A stretch of 64,000 nt of DNA from Fimbriosthenelais zetlandica. Taxonomy: Eukaryota. Position numbers and translations under genes: made by a program. This document shows, piece by piece, positions 25,608 to 37,200 of the stretch; the first letter of the stretch is position 1; the number at the start of each line of letters is the position of its first letter. Under the pieces are notes generated by a model. The model saw nothing but the letters and a program-made list of their open reading frames with translations. It made no database searches and was not told the DNA's origin. The stretch lies in assembly GCA_977030845.1 (NCBI GenBank), contig OZ365113.1, positions 34,286,001 to 34,350,000 of the forward strand. The letters are read 5' to 3'.

Positions 25608-27566
25608 GTAAGGGGTTGGACCGCAGTGCTTCATAATATAAGCTCTTCATATTATAAGCTTAGAGCAATATTGCATGCATGTGACATTATCTGTTTTGTT
25701 TAAATTTCCACTTTGTAATCCCTGGATTTCTAATTATGTTCAAAGTATTGATTTCTGACGTTTTAAATTTAAGGTTACCGATATTTGGAATGATATGCTT
25801 TAGATTAACAAATTGAAGTTTTCTATTTTCTATTACAGGAGGAAAGAAATTGTATTTGATTAGTGATTGAATACTTGTTGTTTGAAAAAAGTTCAAAAAT
25901 GAGTTCACAATTGTAATGATCATTCTCTCAGTCCATGAGATTTCTACCAAGATTGCCTTCGAATCGCTTATGTCTATAGCAACATGTAGAGTAGTAGTAG
26001 GTCTATGAAAATGAGTGACAGCTAACATGTTGGGAGAATCACATGTAATTTTGTAAGAGACATGTATTTCCCCTCTAATTTTCCACAATATTAAATCCCC
26101 ACTGGGTTAGAGATATGTGCTAATGGCGTTCGATCCCAATATTTTCCCTCGTTCCCCTGTGCGCGCAGCCTCAAATTGATCAAACATTGTTTGCCTGGGA
26201 GGCCCAATGATTTAGCCACTTAGCTCCAATATGTTGCCTTTACACATCTTACCCCCATCCCCGAGGCTTCCCTAAATAATTGTCCATTCAAGCCAAGTTT
26301 CCATCGACATTTTCACACCCGAGCCATTGGATTGTGAGGAAAAGGGCCAGAGAGGAGCTATTTTGGTGTTGCCAATTTGTGAGCAGCACACCTCTACCCA
26401 CCCTCCCCACCTTCCTTGGACCTTCCACACGTTCGTCGTTTTTTTATTGGTCTCTGGATTAGAACCAGGGGGGTTTCCCCCACCCCCAGCCCCCCTGTAG
26501 ACACCCGCAAGCATCGATTTAGATGTCTGCAGATTACTGCCACTTGACTCGGTCTTTTTGCCCTGATTTGGGGGACTTTCCCCCGCGTCCCTTACGTCCC
26601 AGCCAGTTCAATCGTCACTGATGCCCACAAGCAGGGTTCTATCGTGGAGGCGAGTCACCCACGCTATAGCCTCCCTCATTCATGCATGGGCGGGCAGATT
26701 CTGTATTATTACGTCTTTATAACAGGGATGTTGCTCCTGTCGAACCCACTTAGACGCCCGTCCACCGGCCAGTCGGTATGAAATACTACCCACTAGCACC
26801 AGATGAATACCACCCACCCCGCTTTTTCTTTTTCTGATATTTTTCATCATCTTTCTTTAGCCCGTATTCCCCACAGATGGTACATAGAAGTATTGGAGGA
26901 AGCACACAAAGGATCCTTTCTCTATTTTCTTGCGTATATAAAGATGGTTTTTCAATGCCAATTCCTTATAAAGAAGCTAGAACAGTTACCATCAATCCAA
27001 CTCCCATGGACATAAATGTGTCCATTTTGAAAAGGCAGTGTTCATTATGAAGGAATTCAGTATAAAATATAGGTTACATTTCATTTATATAACATAATGA
27101 AGTATCCCCTGCAAAGCTCCTCCCATGCAAGTTCAATGAAGAGTTTTTTGTACCTTTTTGGCAGAGATACAACATAAATAGCAGCTTTAATTGCCATCTC
27201 TTCTTTAAATTTAATGTCATGAAAATTCTGCACATTCTTTCTTCATTAAATATGCAACACATCATATATAACATGAGCATAGGAGCAATCTGAACACCTC
27301 TGACGAGATAAGCGTGGAAAGAGGGCAGCCAGTAAGGCCCCCTGCGGTCATTTAGATCAACTAAACTTCATGGGAGGCAATTGAAAGCAGCTCAACATCA
27401 AGAACATTCCCACCCTAGAAAATAGGTCCACAAATTGTTAAGTAATGTGCCCCCAGACCTACCCCAGCGTTGCTTTAACACTTTTACTGCACGTCATAAC
27501 TGTGAAATATGATTTAATTTGAGTTTTCTGAATATTTTGCAGTATTATTTTCGGATCTAAAACAAA

Positions 27567-28392
27567 ATGGAGTATCGGTCCCGTCTCCCTGATCTTCCAG
27601 GCCGTAATTTTAGGTCGACCTATAACTGGTCGTCTTCAGGAAGATTCGACGACGATTTCTTCGACACATTGCCATCGCTTGATGTCTATAATTACGGTGG
27701 CACTAATGCACAAACTGGTAGGGTTCAAATCCTATTTTTTGTCATAATTTTATAACAATTTAATATTATATTATATTATATTTTTTCAGAAGAAACCGAA
27801 TAAGCCATACCTATATTTTTTTTATCAGTGCTAGATGTGTTATGAAAATTCCAGGGACATGTTTCAGAGAGAAAATATGATATATGTGGACTTGTTACAA
27901 TATATTTTGTGTTGAGGACAAGGGCTCGACTATAATCACGTCAAACATTATTTCAAATATTAATATCATGTCAAAGGCTGTTATGAGACACTTTAGGCTG
28001 ATGTATGATTTAATTTTTCAGATAACACAGACCGTTTTTTGAATCCTGATTATGGGACGGTTCGCCATCACTGGACGCCTATCGGTAAGTATTAGAGCAT
28101 AGAAAATTATCCTCAACACTTTTATGGTTTAATAATGTTGGTGTATATCTTTCTATGGTACTCGTCCAATAACACTCGACAAACACTTAAAAAAACTATT
28201 GAGTGGTAATAAAATTCCTGGAAAATTACTTGTAACACAATTATTGAAGCATGATATCAGGAATCTTATTTCAGGTCATGAGATCTACTCTCAGGGTAGT
28301 TTCTGATCAGAGTATCGTATAAAATACTCAATTTATGAAACGATAACTTGTCATTTTTATAGACATGGCCCCCGGACAAATCACTATTCCAG
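27567..28392 (+). CDS. Probable alternative N-terminal exons of the transglutaminase: join(27567..27717,28022..28084,28363..28392)
   Basis: ATG in AAAATGG context; three exons of 151, 63 and 30 bp with canonical splice sites (donors gtaggg, gtaagt, gtaaaa), all exiting in phase 1, the phase needed by transglutaminase exon 35659. Encodes MEYRSRLPDLPG...GTNAQT-DNTDRFLNPDYGTVRHHWTPI-DMAPGQITIP. Confidence 0.7.
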
Positions 28393-31236
28393 GTAAAATT
28401 ACTGTAGAAAATAGATAACCTCTTCATAATAAGGAAGCTGTCAAATCACTCCATAACCATCACATTAAAAAATATGGCTCTCACAATCTAATTTTCAATT
28501 ATGGCTCACTTAATAGGACTACAAGTTTAAGTTAATAGTCATAGAGAGTACAACATTATTAGTACTGAAGCTATCTTATAATTATTAATATTTTGCATAC
28601 ATTAATGTGATAATCCTGAAAAAATAAATATCTAATCATAACAACATGCGCCATAACATAACAAACAAAATACCACAAGTATTCACACAACATTGCGGTT
28701 CTTCAAGTGAATAAAAACATAGGGATGGATGTACATGTATTGGGAAGTACAGGAGAAATAGTCATTTCATGTTTTCTCTGTAGCATCCTTGATCAGTGGG
28801 AGGGGGGAGACCTGTTTATCCATGAATAATATTCAGGGTTTATGTACCCCAGTCTCAATAAACATTGGATAAATATTTTTTATGATCACGAGGAATGAAA
28901 TTATGCACTAAAAATCCAGTGCAAGGAGGGGATATGATTTGCTGTTGGATTGCAATTAGTAATATGACTCAGATATGTTTGTTATTTCAATATGGATATC
29001 AGTTGAATCAATCTAACAGTTTAGTGTTAGAATCAATGGAGATGCGCTATAGGAACTATTTGAGGTGAAAAAGATACAGAGACGTGGGGGAAGGTGTTTG
29101 AATGTTTCCCACAAATTCTGACACTTTGGAAAACAAATGATAATTTCTCAAACCACAGGAACATCCGACCACCCTTAGGAACAGTGAAGGTGAATTGCAT
29201 GGAAATAATAAACACTTCTAACTGTGTGGTTGTCCATGATTTATACTTTTCTTTTTGGTGCATTTTTTTTCTTTTCATTTCTATTTGCATGTTTTTTACA
29301 GTGGGTTACTGTCACCGGCAGATACCAATATAATGCACAAATAGACCTATACAAATAGATCTTCACTCCACCTTCCAATGATAAAAAGGTGTTAGTGCAA
29401 TGGGACCCATACATTAGTAAAGGTATAATGAAATGATAAATGGCATTCTTGTGGCAAACAAAAGCAAGAAAACTTCAGGATGTTTTTAGGTGGATTATCA
29501 TAAAATATGATCTGTGTATTCTTGCTGGTTACAAACATGCAATAATCTAGGATTGTTTAGTCTGGGGGTGGACTGTAATCATCATTGACCTAAATACCAG
29601 GAAGGATCCACATTCATTATCCGAATTCATTTAATGCAGAGAATAGCGGAATATTAGCTTCTCTAACTGGTTTCAATTACTGAATTTGTCAGCGTTTCTC
29701 CACTTGTTTGTGTAGTATTTGAGGGCGTTTTCAGACACTGCTTTGACGGACCATGGTCCATAATAAAGATTGGTTGAGGCGGCTCAACAAAAACTTGGCA
29801 GAGGTCTGTGTTTTTCAGGGAAGCATTAATGAGGTTGTAAGTCATGGTGAGAAGGCCCGTGAGCATGGCACATTACATGCTTTTCACATGACTTAAACAT
29901 GTAATTAACATCCATATAACATGCCTGTATAATCCAATACATCATATCATTAAATATGCACATTTAATGGTACTTATGATGTGTAGAAATGAGCATAAGG
30001 ACAGGCTTTGGGCTAGATTTTTGTGATCATGACACAAGGGGGTCGAGACATGGCCTTTATGTTAGCAGAGGTCACCTTTGTCATTTTATATTCATACATA
30101 TACCCACGGTCGGTGACACCAGTGGGACAAGTGAGACAGACAGAGTGCACCTCTGTGCATTTAAATCCCTTTCTCAGTATGTTTTGTAATATAAGTCTGA
30201 CAGTGTGGACACGGGGGCTTGGAAGTTCCCTCTCTGTGCTTCTGTGGCAGGCAAGGTACGAGTCAACAATGTTAAGAGTGTATAAGCTTCCCCCCTACCC
30301 ACCCCCCCCCCCCCTCCAGGTAACTCCTCCTGCCCACGACGATCCCATCCACATTGAAGTAGGTTAGGTATGCTTGGTTCCTAGGGAGCAGGGTCGTTGC
30401 TATGGGAACGGGCCACAAAACCTACCCGCTTATAACTATTACTTTTTTGTGTCCGTGTCAGTGAGAGCCTGTGGGGTTTTTACCTTATTGCCGGAGCAAA
30501 TCCGACCCGCCGTTTTCACACTTTTTATAAAATAATCTTTTGGAGGGAGGGATGCTTTCAATTACAATTGAAAGCGCCACTTGTTGTGTACCGGGGAAAT
30601 GAATGAGGGGCTGTTGGCGGGGATTTTCTGCCTTGGGTGTGATTTTTGAAGCAGTTGCTATGGGCTTATATACTGCCTGCTCCATGTGCTAGTTAGCCTA
30701 TGTATCCACCATAACTCCGGGACAGGTGATCTAGGGGAGTGGTGCGGGGTCTCGACAGACCCAGGAGGTGGAGGTAGCCTTGGCTCCCCCTACAAAAGCA
30801 TCATCCTCCTCCTTACTGAATTTACATGTGTTATGTTCGTGCCTAGGACTCTTTACGGTACACATCTTATATCCCAATAACGGGCATTTCGATCTGATTA
30901 TAAGATGTCCACATAACACACAAGTTGTCGAGGAGAATCCTCCCATGCTCACAAACTTTGCCGCCCACTCCTTTCGGATCTGTGGTTTGGTTACCAAGGG
31001 AGCCCTCCAGGGGAAGTTCTCATAACTTTCCAATGGTTCCAGTGGATTGAAAAAGTCTCGTTGGAGTGTAAAAATACTCGTGTAATGGCCAGTTGGAGGG
31101 ATTTTACCACGGAAACATCACTGGGCAATTTAAAACTTACATGAAGGAATAATTACATTTGCTGAGATGTGGATTTGAATAGCCTCGGACGTCAAATAAG
31201 TTTCTTGAAAAAAAGTGCAAAAGTTTGCTGATCAAA

Positions 31237-34200
31237 ATGGGATGTTGTGGAAGTAAAAAGGCCAAGCCAGACAAGACCCTGTCTGGTGGACCAATTAGGG
31301 AATCATTCTATGACAAACATAGGAATATACATCAAAGAGGTGGCGATCCCAAGGATCCACCTCCCCAGCCTAGTGCTAAAGGTGAGAAATTCATCTCTCA
31401 TGCATATTTCTTACATTTTTCAAATTTCTTTTCTTTTCCAGTGATATCATATAAAACCTAAATGAAAACACTTGCAGACATATCACTTTGAAGTAAATTG
31501 CACAGGTTCTTTATATTATTTCAGACAACATTGTTATAATCTTCTTAAAAATAGAGGAATAAAAAGGTAGTAACCTAGTTTTCATCCCACTGAGTGGAAG
31601 GTCTCTCCCTGTGCGAGGTAAAGAAGTCCTACATATATCTTGAGCGTGCGAGTAAACATGCAGACAATATGTAAACAATCTGTAGATGTGAGGCTGAGGA
31701 AACTGACATATATCTATGACAATCAGAAATCAGAAATGAAAGCATCCATAAAGAAAATAGGATTTCTGGACTGATTTTCACAGAGTTTATGAAAAAGATC
31801 ATTTTGATTCATATACCGAACTACTGAATTCATATTGCCTTTTACTTGTTATTTCCCATGCTTTTTGTGGCAGAGCGAAAAAGTTCTTTGAAGTATATAG
31901 GACAATCCTATATATAAAATGGACTTTTTAATCAATGATCCTGCGCTGTGGACCATATGTTTTCATTCAATATAAATAATCTGGCATATGGGTGGGTACC
32001 ATTTGGTATATCCTCGATATATATATCCACTTTTTCAGCACAGTTGCAGCTGTCATTTATCTCTTGCTGATTGCACAAGATCATATAGTACACACCCATC
32101 CTTTACTTAGTCCATTGGTCTAGACAGTGGGTGGAATTCACCAAAAACAGTTACCATAAGCCAATGGGAGCTGCCATCGAGTATTATGCTCAATATTCTG
32201 AAATTCATACATATGCATGTCACTTGTCAACATGCCTGGGAACTTACATGTTAAAGTTGCTATTTTTGAAAAGCAATATATGAGCTGGAGGCAGGACGAG
32301 GTTGTACTAATTGCCAATTTGCCCATCACCTCAGTGGCTAATGTAATTACCATCTGTACATGCATGTTAACCATGAAACTGTGGTTTGGAACATGGTAAA
32401 TATGTGTTATGAATCGGCCGGATACCATTCCTAGCGGTTCTCATCCGATAGAGAAAAACTCAGTTCCAAGTGATTCATTTTCAAGCCACCTGATATTGAG
32501 TCGGCCCATATAGAATTCTCTCGTTTATTTTGCAAGAAAACCTGTTTAGATTTATGGTTTTAAAAACGAGTGTACAGAAAAGCTTTGTAAGTCTCGATCC
32601 CACAGGCCAATTTAAGATTAATAGCTTTCCCAGACCAAAACTCTGCAGGAAAAATGTTTTGTTTGCTACTTCCAAACAAAAATGTCAGATAAAACATAAA
32701 ACGTTGTAGATAAATAACTTGAAGGGAATTTTTCGTATAAATGAACTACAGAATAGATTAGGAGAAAAGTCTCCTACCAATGGTAAAGTTGCACATAGGT
32801 CAATGCATCCCTTATCTTGATGAAAACCACATTGCAGCAGAGAATTGGAACTCTTGCTAATGCCCTAAAATTGGGATTTTCAATCATTTTAAAACAATGA
32901 ATATAATGGCAGTAATTATTGTAACTTTCACTGACAAATAGATGCGCTATAGGCCCTACATTAGCCAATATTGTAACTGAATGGGCTACTCCTTTTCGAG
33001 ACGGGCCCCAGAGCCATTTCGCACATTCCTATAGATACATATCTAGTTGTTGAATTATATTCATTCCATCAGGATTTTATTTATAGCAATCCATTTATTC
33101 TGACAAGGGAATGAAGAGTAAATGGGACTGAATGTACATGATGAAGGGGGCTGTGAGTAGGTGGTGGGGGCTGGATTTTGGCAGGGAGTGTATTTGTGAC
33201 ATCCACCTCATGGTTGAGTATGATATATTGTAGTTCAATGATTGAATAAGGCCAGTGTATATAAGTGGCCTGTTAAACTCTGCTTAAACAAAATGGCAGT
33301 CAGCAGTGTGTTTAACCTCTTATCGATCAAAAGCTCCTGAAAACAGATTCAACAATGTTATGTTGATTCTGCTATGGACTTTATTTCATTATTTTTTTAG
33401 TTGGGATATTTTGACAGCAAAGGAGGATGATACCTATAGGCTCAGAGGGACCACTGAGCATGTAGATTTCTGTTGTTTTCAGTCTATGCATTATTCTGGC
33501 TGTATGAAGTACAGGGTATAGGGGGGAAATATGAAGATGTGGCCTGGACCTGGGACAAATGGGACCTGGGACCTGGGAAAAAAGTCGTGAATATGGGTAT
33601 TTAATGTAGTGTCCAAAACACAATGATGAATGACCATTGTTATATATTGGGAGCAGTAGGTATCAACAGCAATATACTGTAACATCAGTATAGTGGCTAG
33701 TGTTTTGGAGGCTGGACAAAATATCAGTTATTTTGGTCATTTAATTACAATTGCAAGGTATGATAAACACTATATGCCTACTGTATGGAGAGGGGCGTGG
33801 TCAGAAATGTCAACTATATTTGTACAAAATCATACTGATTCACCATAACATGACAGTAATGTCCCTATTACAACTGGATGGGATTTTAGGGTTACATATA
33901 CCTGTGTAAGGGAACCCTAAAGTTCATGAACCTCCACCATTGCCTGGAGGATGGGTTTTAATGTTACATGTGCCAGTGTAAGTGAACCCTGAAGTATGTG
34001 AACCCTGAAGTTCATGCACCTGTACAAATCATCATCAATTCTACCATTTCTACCATGGAATAACAGCCAATGACCGTATTAAAACGGCATGGGTTTCAGG
34101 ATTACATTTGCTAGTGTAAACACACTAATCCGATTCTTAATCCGGCCCCATCCGATAGCAGTAAATAAATATATTATATCTATTCACACCAAATGTTTGT

Positions 34201-37200
34201 GATTTGAACATAACTTTACACCTAGGAAAGGCTAACCCCTGACAAAATTCCAATCATTAGATGCCATTAGAAATGGGGTTTCGGATGGCGAATCGGATTC
34301 GTGTGTTCCAGGCTTAACGCTACTGTAAGGGAACCCCGAAGTCTGTGAACCCTGAAGTTCACACATCTGCATGGATCTTCACCGTTTTTATCGTGAAATA
34401 ACGGCGAATGACCGTAATAAAACAGTATGGGTCTTTAGGGTTACATGTGCCAGTGTAAGTGAACCCTGAAGTTGCCTCGTCCTCCCTTCACTAGAGCAGT
34501 GATAGAAGCCGCCATAATGTTGTTATAGTAAAGGTGGGAAACTTCAGGTGGATGTCTGTGTAAATACACCGTAAACATTGAGGTCATGATAATGTTGATC
34601 TCAGAGTCTGAGGAACTGACTCCCTCAAACTCCTATACCCACTACTATACATAACTATTACTAGCTTCTTATCACTCACCTGCTAACGTATATACTATAT
34701 ACCCCATTACCAGCCTCACCTTCTACATACCAGTGTTTTTTTGCAGACATTTACTGCAGTCTTACTAAAAAAACTAGGGTTCTTTCAAAGTAATTGCAAG
34801 GGCAGTGCAAAGTGCTGTTGCATAGATCTACTGGCCAAATATTTGGCATCTTTGGGACGGCAGAAAATAGTGGGAGGGTTGTTCAGGATTCCACACTTGT
34901 TCTTCTATGGGGAAAACTCTCGTGGAGGTATTGAAACAATGCTAAACATGTTTCAGAGAGAGGATGCATGAAATAATAGCAAAGGCTTTAGCCCAGAAAA
35001 AAATGGGTTTAGTGCAAATTTTCTTTATGAAACAATTCTTTAACCCATGAGAAACATACAATGTTTATGGAACTGACGCTTGGCATCAGAGATTACCTCA
35101 TAATAAATCATGTGGCATCCTATATGTAACTGTCATATGTTGAATAACTCATGACATATCAGTTTTAATAGTGGGAGTTCCCCTGATTTGCTCCCAATAA
35201 TACTCATGGGTCATTATTTATATAAGTGCACTCAGAAAAACACACACAGCTCGGAGACTTCTCCCACTTTCTATACGCCTATATTTTAAGGCTGAACAGC
35301 CACTGAGAATCTGTTTCTTGTTGTCACCTTTTTATCTCCATTCCCCTGATGTTTAGAAGAGAGTTTTAAGCTCAGCAGCAAAAAGTAAATACACACATGT
35401 GTTCCAGTATTTGTACAGTACTTTATGCAACTTAGCAATATTAAATTTAGTCATCAATTTCTAAACAAATACTAAGTAGATGGTGTGAAATACTATAGTT
35501 TTGAAAATCTATATCTTCACTGCGAAAATAGACAAGATCATCCACAATTTAAGCTTTTTAAACTACTATGCTATGTTTCAATTCAAAAATATTTTACCCA
35601 ACTTTTATAAATCATTTGCTACAATCTTTCCCATATATATTTTTTTCATGAAATGTAGATGCAAAGACGCCCGAGGAGAAGAAGGTGTTGAAAGTGTCTG
35701 ATGTTGACTTGAATGTCGAGGCAAATGCTCAACTTCATCACACAGACCAATATGAAATCACAGAAAAACGGTACGTGTAGACTCGACTAGAGTTACTGCT
35801 TCATATGCTATACAGAAGCAGACAGCATCAAGATTAGATTTCATCATTTTCTGTATGCTTACTATATTTTCTAAAATTAAAAGGATCTAACTTGTAGCCC
35901 TATATATTAGCTGCAACAAGGACAAGTTTTATGGGTCTGAATTTATAGGTCTAATGTTGTTTCGGCTCCGTATGTTAATAAATAGCCATATACTAATAGA
36001 CTAATAATTTGTTGCATACTTAATAGAAAAAGTTACTGTGTTTTACTGAAAGGTATGAGCGGGGAGAAGTACTTAAACCACAACTGGTGGTGAGACGAGG
36101 AACACCATTTGACATCACCGTCACATTTGACAGGAATTATGATGAGACAACAGACGACATCAAACTTATATTTGACACTAGTAAGTTACCGTATACATCT
36201 TAGTATGGAAGTCATTTCCATTTATCATTATTTAGAAAATGTTGCATGGAAGTATGGACTACATCTTTCTGGGTTAGGGATGGAATGATTTCTTTCTCAA
36301 CGTCGGTAAAAGGGGAGGGAAGGGAATTTCACCAGGTCATTCAGGGGTCAGTTACCAATAAGCAAAGGGTTAGAAGTTCAATCTCCAGAGCTATCCATGG
36401 CATTTTCATTGGCGTGGTATTGAGGTTTAAGCAATAGTTTTCTCTTGCAGGTGATAAGCCTAGAGAAAGTAAAGGCACAAGACTGGTCATCTTGGTATCT
36501 GACGAGGATAAACCTCGAGAATGGGGAGCCAAGGTTCTCAAGATGGAGGGTGAGACAGACTAATCTAAAATCCTGAACAATTCATATCAGTTATCAAAAT
36601 AACTGTACATATTGAGTACTTGTTATCACAAAACATTTTCTATCACAGAAAACACGGTGAGCCTCCGGATTTTCACCCCACCCAACAGCCTAGTCGCCAA
36701 GTGGACATTCAAACTGGACACCATTTTGAAAGAAGAGGACGAGAGGAAGGTGTTCCGTTACACACACCCCCATGCTATCTACCTGCTATTTAACCCCTGG
36801 TGCCCAGGTAATACTTGAAATTAACCAAATGTATTTACTTGTCATTGCAATAAACAATTTCATTATGGAATATCCAGCAGACATGGGGCAAAGCTTGTGT
36901 AGATAGCAACAGCTGGAATTAATTTGAATGGGTTCTCCACCATAATTATTATGCCTTCATAAAATGTCAGTGTATTTTTAAATATGTAATATGGTTTATT
37001 TTTATTCTGTATACCGATATTTTATGGATCATTTTTCTTCCTACAGATGACCAAGTGTATATGGATGACGAGCAGAGTCGTAATGAATATGTCTTGAATG
37101 ACCAGGGTCGTTTGTATATGGGAACTCAGAAACAAATCGGTGCTAAACCTTGGAACTTTGGACAGGTGAGATAAAACGATCTCACAAATCTTTGTCATAT

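Noticed and set aside
25687-26088. 133-aa minus-strand ORF
   Set aside because: AT-rich, no motif and no convincing splice signals.
29302-29333. Strong acceptor that could be a fourth exon of the alternative leader
   Set aside because: All frames stop within about 60 bp and there is no nearby donor; kept only as the alternative hypothesis (a stand-alone short peptide).
30731-31033. 100-aa minus-strand ORF upstream of the transglutaminase
   Set aside because: TTG start and no recognisable family; it lies in the presumed promoter region.
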